From Ginglymostoma cirratum (taxonomy: Eukaryota): a stretch of 64,000 bases of DNA. The stretch covers positions 28,535,542 through 28,599,541 of the forward strand of contig JAHRHZ010000140.1 of the NCBI GenBank assembly GCA_024137785.1. Reading direction: 5' to 3'. Made by a program: the position numbers and the translations under genes. The notes under the pieces are model-generated. The model worked only from the letters and a program-made list of their open reading frames with translations, made no database searches and had not been told where the DNA came from. This document shows, piece by piece, positions 1 through 12,420 of this stretch. Numbering within the stretch: position 1 is the stretch's first letter; every line of letters begins with the position of its first letter.

Positions 1-779
1 TATTTTCTTAACAGTTCCAATAAAAATCCTTGTATGTTGACATTGCCAGTATTCACCTGATATGCTAGTAATGTCAACATAGGAATCTTGTGGCAGTATG
101 AGGCTCAGGATATTTTCTCTCTTTTCTGTCAAATTATTTCCTTATTTCATATAAAATGTGAAAATTAGACATATATTTTTAAAACTTGGGTTTTTATTGT
201 TTGAAGAATTTTCATTTTTTTCACAGTTTCCTGTCATATTTAAATAGCTCCTTTCTTTTTCTTTCTGAAATTGAGGCTGTAAAAAAAATGAACACAGAAT
301 CATTGTCTTATTACACACTCAATTTTGCAACTGAACTTTATCCTGAAGGCAGTTTTCCAAATGACAAAGTTACTAATCTGTTAACAACCAAACAGACACC
401 TGTTTCCGGGCCCTTGTAGGCAAGTGAACGTGTAAAAACAAGCATTTATAACTTTAATGGTTTTCAGTTATATGGAGTCTGCTTGTGACAAATGTCCCAA
501 TTTAATTGTCAAGGTTGCTTAGGAGATGTTTATTATCTTATAACACAATGGAACACTGCTGTTTATTTTCTTTTCAGTTAAGGGTATAGACAGACAGTCA
601 GTTAGATTACTTGACTGGATTGTGAATCTATCATGTTGTCGTATTACTGAGGAGTGTTTTTCAGCGTATCTATCACATTAACAATTGTATATTACATACT
701 GAGAATTACGTAAAATTAACAGATTAAAAAATGCATGGAACTGCTATATGTGAAAGGTAGGAATTGAAACTGTGTTGTT

Positions 780-1205
780 CAATTGCTAGCGGCAGTTGAT
801 AGCTCTCCTGTATGCAAGTTAGATGGTTATGGATTCAAGCTTTACTATTGGACTTAAGCATCTAATTGTAATCTAGGTTGGCATTTCAATCCAGTTCTGT
901 TTCACTGATATTAAACAGAAGTTCCATCTGCCTATTCATGTAGAAGTAAAAGAGCTCAATGCCCTATTTGAACTGAAGAAGGAATCATCCCTATATCTTG
1001 GTCAACGTTATTCACCCATTTCCCAAACTAACATCAGTATTACAAATTCACTTGCCACTTAACTTGTGCTGTTTGGAATTCAACAGTGCAAAAGTTTACA
1101 ATTTCCCTTACTCACAAGATTGCAGTGACCACTTCAAAAGTAGCTTTTTGAAATGAAGTACTTTGAGGTATCCAGAAAACATGGAAATCATTAAATATGT
1201 GTTTT
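780..1205 (+). mobile_element. Old Deu-domain SINE (SacSINE1/AmnSINE1-like)
   Basis: Degenerate matches to the recalled Deu core and tail: gtaaaagagctcaatgccctatttgaa, cttggtcaac, cagtgaccacttcaaaagtag, aagtactttgag. Confidence 0.55.
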
Positions 1206-2070
1206 TTAAAACATTTCTCCAACAGTTCCTTCTTCTTATCAACTGATTTTTAATTTAGAGTATGTAATTTCATGTGCTGACTATCACTGACCAAAACAAA
1301 TTCTGTCCAAGTAGCCTGCACAGTAATTTTGATCTACAAGCTCATCTATGTTGCTTGCACTAGCTAAAATTATTGCACTTGGAAAAGCAGTTCTTAATAT
1401 TACCTTCCAGCAGTTCTAAAATATTTAAGATGATTTAATGTCAAATGCATCTTCTTATTTTATTAATTTTCATCCTTCTTGAATGTTTTTGCAACTTTTA
1501 ATTTGGGGATATCTTCATCCCACAACTGCAAATCAGGTCAATGGGTAATGGGATGCAAGTGTGGGACTGTAGATCTAATGTTTTCATTGCAATGTTCAAC
1601 AATGAACCCATGACATTACAGAGCTCTGCCAGGCACAGAATGTTCTGCTCATCTGCTGCTCTCTGCTGACCTTAACAGCAATGAGTTAGTATCCCGCAAC
1701 TTTCCAAATGCTAGTTTTACATTAACTGGCAGAAGACCCACAACCACTTATGTTTTTTTTCAAAAAAAAGTGTTTATCCTAACATTTTTTAAAAAATATT
1801 GCTTTGTATAAAAAGAAAAACATTCAACTCCAACTTCTTTATGTCTGCTCATCTTTTATACTGGAAGATGGACCATTGCTAAGGATAATTGCCAGGATAA
1901 ACAGTCATATAAATTAAATCTGTTAGGAATCTGTCAAATATGTGACAGATTTATTGCAAAATAATTACATTAGGAAGTTCTTTTCAGAAAGCTTCTTAAA
2001 ACATCATTGCTACTTGGCCACGCTTTGCAAAGCAGTATTTTATTCCCTTAAGCAAATGCAGTTAACCTAC

Positions 2071-2257
2071 CCTTGTAGTAGACCTCTGTAAGGACTCAGC
2101 AACAGTATCCACAGTTGTAGCTGATGTTCTGAAGTTATGTCCACAAGTACCCACATTTCCTTTAAGATTTTCCGCTCTGTAGATCAAGTGTGTGTAATCG
2201 GTGACACCTTCAATGGGTTCTAATATATAACTTTTATTTTCAAATGAAACAAATCCC
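2071..2257 (-). CDS. ADAM12: ADAM12 internal coding exon (187 bp, end of prodomain with cysteine switch; probably exon 6)
   Basis: Minus strand: pyrimidine tract ttttctctgttttctttgatag, then G GGA TTT... encoding (R)GFVSFENKSYILEPIEGVTDYTHLIYRAENLKGNVGTCGHNFRTSATTVDTVAESLQRSTTR, then donor AGG|gtaggt. Resembles ADAM12 GLIVFENESYVLEP...GSCG. The phase-2 start matches the preceding exon. Confidence 0.93.
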
Positions 2258-2389
2258 CTATCAAAGAAAACAGAGAAAAATGGTCAATAGAGACAGATCC
2301 TAGTCTTTCAACTTGAAATTTTCACCAATAGAATAAAATAACTCCAGAGCTTCAACTTGCCATTTTTTTGTAGTGTCTTCTATAATCTT

Positions 2390-2670
2390 CCCCAAGAATT
2401 CCCCATTGTCCTGATTCTGGCCTCTTGTCAATTCCTCCCACCATTGATATTTGTGCCTTCTGCCAACTAGGCCCCACAGTCTGGAATTCCCTCTGCCCTT
2501 CTCCATTTGTCCTCCTACAAGACTCTCCTCAAAAAAACAGCTCTATACAAAGCCTGTGAGCATCCCTCCTAATAGCTTCTTCTTTGGTGCAGCATCCTTT
2601 TTTAGTCTGATCATACCACAGTGATATGGATAGTTGTTTTAGTTGTAAAAGCTGCCTTACACATGTAAAC
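2390..2670 (+). mobile_element. L2-type LINE 3' end
   Basis: ggccccacagtctggaattccct (LWNSL) followed by aagactctcctcaaaa, as in L2 3' ends. Similar segment at 63270-63660. Confidence 0.5.
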
Positions 2671-3379
2671 TTTAAGATACATATAGATTTAATGAATCAG
2701 ATTGGCAAAGGTAATCCGGAAGATAAGATTGTAGTGTGTTTTCAGGACAGTTTCTTGGAGCAAAACTTTCTGCAGCCAAACATACAGCAAGCTATTCTAG
2801 GTCAACCTGATATCCTGGAATGAGACAGGATTAATTAACGACCTTGTACTAATGGTGCCCTTCAGTAGCAGTGATCATGACACGATTGAATTTTGCATTT
2901 AGTTTGAGAGCAATTTAAAACTCATGTTTTAAATTTATATCAGGGTAATAAGAGGTTAACAAGAGTATGAACTGGCTAAAGTGAATTGGGAAATTAGGAA
3001 AAAGGCCAGCATGGATGTAGTGGCAGACATTTTAAACAGATTTCTAAACCCGTCTAGTAAGAATGAAAGACTCTGAAGAAGAGCATATGTCTGTGGTTAC
3101 CTCAGGAACTTAAAAATAGTATCAAATTGAAACATAAAGCATATAAATCTATGAAGGGTTGTGGTGGGCCAGAAAATTGGATGGAATAGTTTTAAAAATC
3201 AAAGAAGTACTTAAAGAATAATGAGGAGAGAGAGAAAAAACTAGCTAGGAATATATAAAACAGAAAGTATGAGTTTCTATTGGTATTTTCTATAGCTATA
3301 AATAAAAAGAGTATGTAAAATGAACATAGGTCCTCCAGAAAGTGAGAATTGAGAATGGAAATCTGAAATTACAAAGTGT

Positions 3380-3465
3380 TGAAGAAGAGTCATATTGGAC
3401 TTGCAACATTAATTATGTTTTCCTCACCAGAGATGCTGCCAGACCTGCTGAGTTTCTCCAGATAT
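3380..3465 (+). mobile_element. Penelope-like terminal-repeat fragment (family B) with decayed hammerhead motif
   Basis: TTGAAGAAGAGTCATATTGGACTTGCAACATTA followed by agagatgctgccagacctgctgagtttctccag, homologous to 50670-50845 and 63660-63797. Confidence 0.6.
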
Positions 3466-3884
3466 TTCGCATCTATCTTCATTTTAGAGACTACAAGTAA
3501 CAGCCCATAAAAAATTGAATTAATTTGAAAGGAAGTTAGGAACATACAACAATTGCAATCACCAGGGAAGCATAATGAGAAAGTTATCAGAATTAAATAC
3601 TGACAAGGTCCCAGGTCCTGATAGTGTTCCTCTTAGGGTCCTCAACAAACTGTGATAATAGATGCAATGCATTTGTTTTAACTTTGCATGGTTCCCTGGA
3701 TTCTGGAAGGACTTCATTAGAATAATAAATAGTAAATATGCCTCTTCTCAGGTGAGAAAGAAGGGAGACAGAAAACAAGAAACTACAAGCCAATTAGATA
3801 TCTGTCATTGGGAAAATGCTGAATTTTTTTTAATAAAGGAAGTTAGAGCAGGGCATTTAGAAAATTATGTTAATATGAATAGCA

Positions 3885-4109
3885 GAGATAACAAGGCGTA
3901 GGGCTGGATGAACACAGCAGGTCAAGCAGCATCATAGGAGCAGGAAAACTTGACGTTTCAGGCCTAGACCCTTCATCAGAAAATGATGAAGGGTCGGCCC
4001 GAAACGTCAAGTTTTCCTGCTCCTATGATGCTGCTTGGCCTGCTGTGTTCATCCAGCCCTATGCTTGTTATCTCGGATTCTCCAGCATCTGCAGTACCTT
4101 TTATCTTTT
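3885..4109. mobile_element. Penelope-like insertion (family A) with inverted terminal-repeat pair and 13-bp TSD
   Basis: Arms 3885-3978 and 3984-4074 are reverse complements around a GAAAA loop. TSD ATATGAATAGCAG at 3873-3885 and 4110-4122. Confidence 0.85.
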
Positions 4110-4479
4110 ATATGAATAGCAGCTTGGTTGCCTAAAAGGTTCCAGGCAGTAGGAGTAAATCAGCCATTTTTCAGTTGGCATATTATAATAAGCAGTGTGC
4201 CATTCGGATCAGTATTAGGGTCACGATTATTTACAATCTATATCAATGACTTAGATGAACGAACCAAATGCATATTTGCTACATTTGCTGATGATACAAA
4301 GTAAGTGGAAAAGTTGTTGTGAAGAGGGCATAAAGAGTTTGAAAAGAATATACGGGCGAGAATATGATAGGTGCCCAATAATGTGAGAAAATGTGAATTC
4401 ATTCACTTTTGCGGGAAAAATAGAAAAGCAGCATACTATTTAAACAAAGATTGCAGAACTCTGAGGTAAGGAGGGAGAC

Positions 4480-4710
4480 AGTGAAGGGAGATGAGGAGGA
4501 ATTTCTTCAGCCAGGAGGTGGGGGTGAATCTGTGGAACTCATTGTATTTAAGACAGAGGTAGATAGGTTCTTGATTAGTAAGGAGATCAAAGATTATAGG
4601 GAGAAGGAAGGAGAATGGTGTTGAGAAACATATGAGCTATGATTGAATGGTGGAGCAGATTTGATGGGCCGAATGGCCTAATTCTGCTCCCATTTATTAT
4701 GGTTTTATGG
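4480..4710 (+). mobile_element. CR1 3' end nested in the older CR1
   Basis: gatgaggaggaatttcttcagcc...gatgggccgaatggcctaattctgctcc, the same tail as 6275-6693 and 51600-52345. Confidence 0.75.
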
Positions 4711-6274
4711 TGTCCTGGTACATGAATCACCAAATCTTAGAATATAGGAACAACAAATGATTATGAAAGCAAATGGAATGTTGCCATTTATTGCAAGGGT
4801 AATGAAATATCGAAGTTTTGCTACAGTTGTAGAGTATTGGTGAGGTCATGTCTGGAGTCGTATGTACAGTTCTGGTCTCCTTATTTAAGAAAGAATGGAA
4901 AGGTGTTCGGGGCAATGCAGAGAACGCAATATCACCCAACCGATATCTGGGATAGTAGGGGAGGGAGTGATAACAGGAAAGATTAGATAGGTTGGATTTG
5001 TATCCATTGGAAGAGTAAAAGGTGATCTTATTGAAACACATAACATCCTGAGGGGGATTCGACAGTATGAATGTTGAAGGGTATTTCTCCTGGGGGAGAC
5101 ACTAGAACTAAGGAACATAGTTTAAAAAATAATTGATATTCTATTTAAGACAGAGATGAGAAGGGTGTTTTTTCTCTCAAAGAGTCACGAGTCTTTGGAA
5201 CTCTCACCCTAAAGAATGGTGGAAGTGGGGTCATTGAATAATTCAAAGGAATAGGTAGCTAAATTGTTGACCAACAAAGTTCTTGGGGTAGGTGGGAATT
5301 GCTGGAGCTGAGGCCGGAACTGGATTAGCATGGTATCACAGAATGGCAGAGCAGTACAGAGGGGGTGAAGGGACTACTCCTGCTCCTAAGTAGTGTGTTA
5401 ATTATGTACATAAATATTTAAGAACATTTTTACATTGTAATATTAAATTCTGAACATGCAGCCAATTAAATAGGTTAGTGAAAGAATGACCAAAACTTAT
5501 GGATACCATTCAAAGTAGCAGGCAATAGATTTTCTCTGTTTTTTTGGGTATAAACTGAAGTAACTCCGCAAGTCTGCAGTTGTTTTTTAATCTTATTATC
5601 ACTCTGGCTAAAATAAAACTATGCTCAGTACTTAATATTTGTTAAGCGGTGATTGAAATGTTTGCCGCAGCACTTTCTAATTTTGTAGCAATTTATCCTT
5701 AGTGAGTACCCAATTAAATTCCATAAATCAACAAATTTCAGGAAACCATAAAGCATAAAGGAGCTTTTGTATTTTTCAACTATTTGAGAGCTTGAATTGA
5801 TTTGATGTAATGCACCATGGTCAGGAGTGGAAAAAGTGCCAACATAAACTGTCTGCTTATATTTCATGTGTCAGTCCTTTCCTAGGCTCGTCACAAGTTA
5901 GCATTAGTTCAAATTTCACATTGCCATGAAACCCTCCTTTGATTTCACTAAATACATAGCTTTAATATTCTTTACCATGACATGACACCACAGCAAGGTT
6001 TTCTTTGAACGCAGCAGCAATCTAATGATTTTTTTTTCCATTCACATGGTTTAAATATTTGGATGTTAGAAATTAAATGTCAATTAACTGATGAGACACA
6101 TTAATTCCCAGCCTTTCCGACTGTTTCTTTAGCAAAGTACCACCAAAGTGATGAGAAAGTAATATGGAAAAAAACTGGATTTTTCCTGCAGATTAGAACA
6201 TTTCTAAAACGTCTTTTGTTAGTGACATGTGTTAAACTGATGGACTCCTTATTTAGATTTGATTTCGTTCTCTC

Positions 6275-6693
6275 ACTCTGGGTCTGTACTCAATGGAGTT
6301 TAGAAAGATGAGGAAGGATCTCATTGAAACTTACAGGATACAGAGAGGCCTGGATAGAGTAGACATGGAGAAGGTGTTTCCACTGATAGGAGAAACTAGG
6401 ACCTGAGGGCACCGCCTCAGATTGATGGGATGATCCTTTAGAACTGAGTTGAGGACAAATTTCTTCAGTCCCAGGGTAGTGAATCTGTAGAATTCATTGC
6501 CACAGAAAGCTGTGGAGGCCAAGTCATTGAGTGTACTTAAGATAGAGATGGATAGGTTCTTGATTAGTAAGGGGATCAAAGGTTATGGGTGAAAGGCAGG
6601 AGAATGGGGTTGAGAAACATAGCCATGGTAAAATGGAGGATCAGACTTGAAGGGCCAAATGGCCTAATTCTGCTCCTATATCTCATGGTCTTA
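6275..6693 (+). mobile_element. CR1 LINE 3' end
   Basis: LGLYSMEFRKMRKDLIETY...GLDRVD...FFSPRVVNL*NSLP plus the CR1 3' tail. Confidence 0.88.
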
Positions 6694-6847
6694 GGGACTT
6701 TTGGACTTCACACTGTCCTGCTTTCTTGAATGAATAGCGGAAATAGTTCCCCAGTCTGCGTAATGCAACGACTCAGACTTTCGCAATGATGGACAGCATC
6801 TCAACTGTGATGAAAATTCTGGATGAAGCCATGAATCCTAAGTCCGC

Positions 6848-7024
6848 CTCCCCCTCTCTCCCTATTTATTTCAGAACCCTCTTCCCTTCCCCCATCTCTG
6901 ATGAAGGGTCTAGGCCCGAAACGTCAAGCTTTCCTGCTCCTATGATGCTGCTTGGCCTGCTGTGTTCATCCAGCTCCACACCTTGTTATCTCGGATTCTC
7001 CAGCATCTGCAGTACCTATTATCC
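6848..7024 (+). mobile_element. Penelope-like 3' terminal repeat (family A)
   Basis: Pyrimidine-rich run followed by CTGATGAAGGGTCTAGGCCCGAAACGTC...ggattctccagcatctgcag; near-identical to 3984-4105, 26094-26239 and 63941-64000. Confidence 0.85.
6898..6925 (+). ncRNA. Minimal type I hammerhead ribozyme motif (core intact)
   Basis: CUGAUGA-A-GGGU(CUAG)GCCC-GAAA-CG-UC: conserved core, 4-bp helix II, palindromic ACGU helix III, GUC cleavage triplet. Helix I is weak. Confidence 0.65.
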
Positions 7025-7369
7025 CTAAGATCGAGCATCTCATTTTTGCCAGAACGGGATTTGGGGCAGTCCATACCTTATGCAAGCCTAATACCGAAAG
7101 CTGCTAGCCATATAAACAATTAACTGCCTACAATGAGATCAGATTTTAGACTCCCTGGTGTATGGGACCCAGTACATGCAGATTAGACCAGGTAAAGAAC
7201 AGAGCTGTTCTCACTGCATCATTTTTTTGGAGAGCTGTGTACCCTGTTGGAGAGATAAGGTACCTCTTTGGACCTAAACCCAGGACATCTTTGGAAGTGA
7301 TAAGGCACCTTTTGAGAGGAAAATGTAGGGTTTGTCGTGCATAAATGCATTTGTTTAATTCAATTATAC

Positions 7370-9150
7370 GGCCTTGCTGGCGACCCTTAACTGCCCTAAA
7401 ATAGGTGTTGTTGAGCAGCCTCTTGAACTGTTGCAGTTCTTGGAGTGTGGGGACATCTGCAATGATGTTAGAAAGGGAAGTTCCAGGACATTGCTCTAAA
7501 GACAGTGAAGGAACAACCAGATAGTTTCAACTCAAGATGGTGTGTGGCTTGGAGAGTAGCTTGCAGTTCAGGGTGCTCCGATGCACCTGCTGCCCATGTT
7601 CTTCTAAGTGACAAAGGTTGAGGATTTGGGACGGGGTGTCATTGGAAACTTGGTGAACTGCTGTAGTGCATCTTGTAGGTGATACAGAGTGCTGCCACTG
7701 TTGGTAGTGAAGGGAGTGAATACTGAATGTGATATACGAGGTGCCAATAAAATGGATTGTTTGGTCCTGGATTGTATTTAACTTCTTGAGTGCTGTTGGA
7801 GCTGCACTCATCCAGACAAATGCAGTGTATTCCTTCACAGTCTTGACTTGTGCCTTGTAGATGGTGGACAGGCATCAGGGATATAAAGGGTGAGTTACTG
7901 GCCAGAGAGTTCCTAGCTTCTGGCCTAATTTTGTACCTATAGCATTTAAATGGCTGGCCCAGTTCAGTTTTTGATGTTTGGTAGCCCCATGGTAGGGGAT
8001 TTAGTGATGGTAATGCCATGGAATGTCAAGGTGTGATGACTAGATGCTCTGTCTTTGGAGACGGTAACTGCCTGGCACTTCTGTGGTATGAATACAACTT
8101 GCCAGTTATCAGCCCAACCTCGGTGTTAACCATTATTTGTGGCCAATGGACACAGATGGCTACAGTATCCGAAGAATCATGAATTATGCTGAACATTGTG
8201 CAATCATGAGCAAACAAACCCACCCATATAATGAAGAAGCTGAAGAGGTCAAGCGTGGAGAGACTTGAGGAAATCCTAGAGCTAGGATGACTGACTACTA
8301 ACAACCAGAACTATCTTCCTTTGAGCTAGGTATCATTCCAACCAGCAGAAAGTTTTTGCCTTGGCTCCCATTGATCCCTGTTTGCTGGGCTTCTTGATTT
8401 TATACTTGGTCAACTGTTGCCTTGATCTCAAGTTAGTCACTCACCTCATTTCTGTGGTGTAACCCAAGCCCATTTTTGGACCCAGGCTATGATGCGATCA
8501 GCAGCTGACAAACCCTGGCAGAACCCAAAATGAGTGTCAGTCAATAGGTTATTGGCAAGTAAGTACTGTTTGAGAGAACTGCTGATGATACCTTCCATCA
8601 CTTTGCTGATGATTGAGAGTAGACGGGTGAGGAGGTAATTGGCTGGGTTGAATTCCTCCCGTTTTTGACTACTGGAACTACTTGGACTATTGTTGGCTAG
8701 ATGCCGTTGTTGCACCTGTACTGGAACAGTTTGGCTAGAAGGACATGACCACTTTGGGAGTACGAGACTTCATTACTATTACTGGAATGTCGTCGTAATG
8801 AAATCCTGTGCTCCAGAACTGGAATGTGATAAGGCCCATAAGGTTTGGAGAGTCCAGTATTCGCGATATCATGTGGAGTGAATCAAATTGGTTGAAAACT
8901 GGTACCTGCGATACTTGAGGCCTCAGCAGGAGGCTAGGATGGAACATCTGCTCTGGATTTCCGGGTGAAGAAGAATGCAAATGCTTCAGCCTCATCTTCT
9001 GCACCAATTCACTTGGCTTCCCCATCATTGAGCTGTCTCCATCACCTGTTATTTGTTTAGCTATCCACCACCATTCATGACTGCATATGGGCAGGAATAC
9101 AGAACTCAGACTTTAACTTTAGGTTGTGGAATCGCTTAGCCCTGTCTAGA
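7370..9150 (-). mobile_element. CR1/L2-group LINE (second family), RT and 3' end with internal deletions
   Basis: Minus ORFs NPANYLLTRLLSIISKVME...HFGFCQG (RT), FAHDCT (FADD-like) and MKEYTAFVWMSAAPTALKKLNTIQDQ. Homologous to 21783-22655 and 60030-61400. Confidence 0.85.
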
Positions 9151-11429
9151 GGTACATTCTTTTTTTGCAAACATGTTCATGATGGCACAGCAGGAATTAT
9201 TGTATGTGCGTGCTCTAGATTTTTTGTAATCACTTGATGTCACTGAAATTGGTTAATATGAGATAAAGGAGCAGAATTAGTCCATTCGGGCCATGGAGTC
9301 AGCTCTGCCATTTGATCATGGATGGTGAGTGCATATTTGAACAATACTAATGGCACTGTTTCTCTCCCCTCTCCTCTGTAACAGAAGAATTCTGTTCAGT
9401 AACCCAGAAGGGAACAGGGAAAGGCAGATTCATGCCAGGATTTGTGGATTGAACAGTCAAGATTTTGGGCGTGTTTCTTTCTGAAAACGAAGTGATGAAC
9501 AATGAAAATAATGAAATGTGGAAAGCAGGAAAGGAAGGTAAAAGAAAAAGCATGCACAGAAAGGAAAATCAGTTGAATCAGTTTTAAATGAAGTAACAAA
9601 TAATTTAAGGAGTGTGAAGAAATATTAAGTAAATTATTGAAGCAAATCAGCTTTAAGGAGCTAAGGTTTTGGAAAAGGTTGGAAACAAAGGAGAAAAATG
9701 CATCAGGTTTTACACTGAAACCAAAGATGCACTCACTGAGATAGTCTCTCTATCATTGTCTGTCTTTTCCTTCTTCTTTTCCATTGCAATCAATATGTTT
9801 ATCTTTTATTTGTAAGCCCGGAAGATAGATACAAGTTGGAAACATTCACGGTCTGCTCTCTACTGCTGATGACTGATCTGCTGTGCATTTCCTATTTTTG
9901 CCTTACATATCCAGGTGATTGTATTGGCTTGCTTTTCATTTGAGTACTGATTAGACTTGGGCAATAAGTTCAACTGAAGCTGAGGTTTCAAATTTGCAAA
10001 CAATCTACATGTTTTGAATATTGTTGTTTTAACAATGAATGCTGATGACATTGTCAAGAGGTTGCCTTGCAGCAGAAGCAGAACAGAAGGTCAAGGAATA
10101 CAGAATGAATGACGAAGTGCCCATCAACATTAAGTCATTTCCCTCAATCCGTGAAACCCGTTTGTTGTCCAAGGTCATTTCCCTCAACCACATCATTACA
10201 CACTTAATTAAAAAATACAATTAGATGACAACATTCTTTTCTTCTGAAATTATCAGGGAAAATGATTGACTTAAATAGGGCTGTTAGGTTTTAGTTATTA
10301 TGGGTGAAGAATTGTTCCACTCACTAATTGTAAAGATATTGGGAGTAAATTTTCTTCTTCATTGTTTGGGTAGAGATGAGACAGAGCAAATCTCCTATGC
10401 ATTCTATGTATCTCCTGGGGTCTCTTTCATTAAAATCAATGGTATAATCACATCTCATAGATTTACAACACATGGACAATCTACTCAGAAGGATCAATGC
10501 TCAAGCACTGGAGAACAAAAGTTATGTTATTGCAAACATGTTCCTTCTCACTCTGATAATACTTGGCTACACACAGCAATGAGAAAAGTTCTTCTTTACA
10601 AAATGATTTTCAAAAATTTTCATGGTTTTCCATTTCTTTGCATCTGTCTGTCCACCTGTCTCATACCAACATCAAAATTAAACAAACTTACCTTCTCCAC
10701 TCAGGCCCTCTGGCATGACAGTGCCCTTTCTTTTATCCTTCAAATGGTGGCCCCACTGAGGCAGTTAGGCTGTCAGCTCTGTGATTCGGGCAGCGGATCT
10801 GCAAGGTGGGCTGCCATCTTCAAACCGATGGTGGCCACTTAATCAGATGCCTCTGGTAAAATGCTGCTTTGATTCTGACACCCTGTGATGATGGGGTTGA
10901 GATCCCACACTCACTCACAGCAGTTGGACTTCTAATCTCATGACAGAATTCAGCTCAATATTTCAGGCTGCTGATCATTTGCCAGTTCTGATTATGAATT
11001 ATTATGAAAAATTATGAAGACTGAAGAACTATTCATTTTCACAAGAGTTCTTCAGTACAGAGTTTCATGAGGCTGTCACAAAACAGTGTATATATTTTTT
11101 CCCTAGCATCCAGTTTGGCATAACTTCTTGTCATTATTGACTGTGGGAGCCTCACATGTTGGAAGGCCTTAAAACAGTTGCTGACACAACAATTTACTCA
11201 GCAACATGAAAAGCCAAGAAAAAAAAAAGGCAAAAAAATGCTACATTTGCCTCTGGGAATAAACAGAAGTTGCTTGCCTTTTAAGCGACAACAAAATTCA
11301 CAGTCAATGAATGATGACATCACTCAACAAATATCAGCTGGAAGGGGGCGTCAATCAAGTCCAGTCTGCCTTGTTGTGCCTGACTCTGCACTGCTCTATC
11401 ACATAGAAGGCAATGTTTCGCTTGCTTAA

Positions 11430-12420
11430 TGTCTTCATCTTCCTCCCTGGAAGATGACTGCCACTCTCCCAGCTCTTCAGCATCATCACATCCCCTTCTG
11501 CCTGCTCCAGTTGGATGCTGGGATTATGTAGCACATCTGTACCTCAAAGCCCCCCGATCTTCAGACAGATCCAAGCATCATCAGGAAGCCTATCATTTGC
11601 TCCAGGATTGTGCTGCTAAAGAATGGGCTGCATCTTGTCTATGCTTTGCCTTTGTCGGGGGGTCAGTAGTGGAGTCGTCAGCCACAGTCAGAGGCAGTAG
11701 CCCTTGCCTCTTATTAACTATCTGCTCTTGAAATAAAGCAGGAAGCTGAGAGTTGTCAAAAATGTACACATTATTCATTTTCTGAGGTACCTGGCACAGA
11801 CTTCCAGGATGTGGTACCAATGATCACAGACAGCCTGTACATTGGGGGAATCGACTTTTTTTTCTGTTTAATAAGTCTGCCATGTTCTGAGATGGTGCTG
11901 TTGCTGAAATGTGCATATATATAAAACACCTTGCTCCATGGGAGAAGCCAGACATGTTGGCAAAGCATACTTCCTGGGCCCCAGCACTGATCTCATCACA
12001 GGGAAATAAGATAGAACTGTGTGATCTGGCACAAGTTGCTTCAGTAATGGCCCTGATACTTTTGTGGGTTGAGCATTGAGATGTTCATGAAAGGAGCCAG
12101 TCACTCAACAATGTCCTGCAGCAGTCACCTTGATGGCCACTGGGTTAGGATGGCCACCCACCCATTCAGTAAGACTCGCTCCAGCAGATAACACATTTCT
12201 GATGATACCCCAGGATATCCTCAGCCTGCAGTGAAACTGCATCTTTTTCATCTGGGGGAAATGACACGGAGCACAATACAATTTGTTACCTCCTCTTTAT
12301 TGTGAGGGGACGAGCTACATTTCCTTTATGTAGATCAATAGAGGTTGCTCCTGGTCCTGAGCTTGTGCATAATCTGTACTGCGGCTAGAGCCTTTGGTCA
12401 CGGCTCCAGTGAGCTTATGT
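11430..12420 (-). mobile_element. PIF/Harbinger transposase remnant (element may extend to a terminus near 14751)
   Basis: Minus-strand frames give FANMSGF...HISATAP...LNRKK...NVQAVCDH...ILEVCARY, a degenerate match to Harbinger/HARBI1 motifs GFP.V.GAIDCTH.AI.AP and NRKG..S.NVQ.VCD. Confidence 0.7.

Larger units (their letters stand above)
2690..5400 (+). mobile_element. CR1 LINE ORF2 remnant (endonuclease to 3' UTR) with nested insertions
   Basis: FLEQ...SDH endonuclease motifs, RT FADD (tttgctgatgat near 4284), VQFWSPY and the CR1 3' tail. Interrupted at about 3380-3465, 3885-4109 and 4480-4710. Confidence 0.85.

Noticed and set aside
10300-10842. Longest ORF in the track (180 aa)
   Set aside because: No recognisable motif, antisense within an intron, composition typical of a chance ORF.
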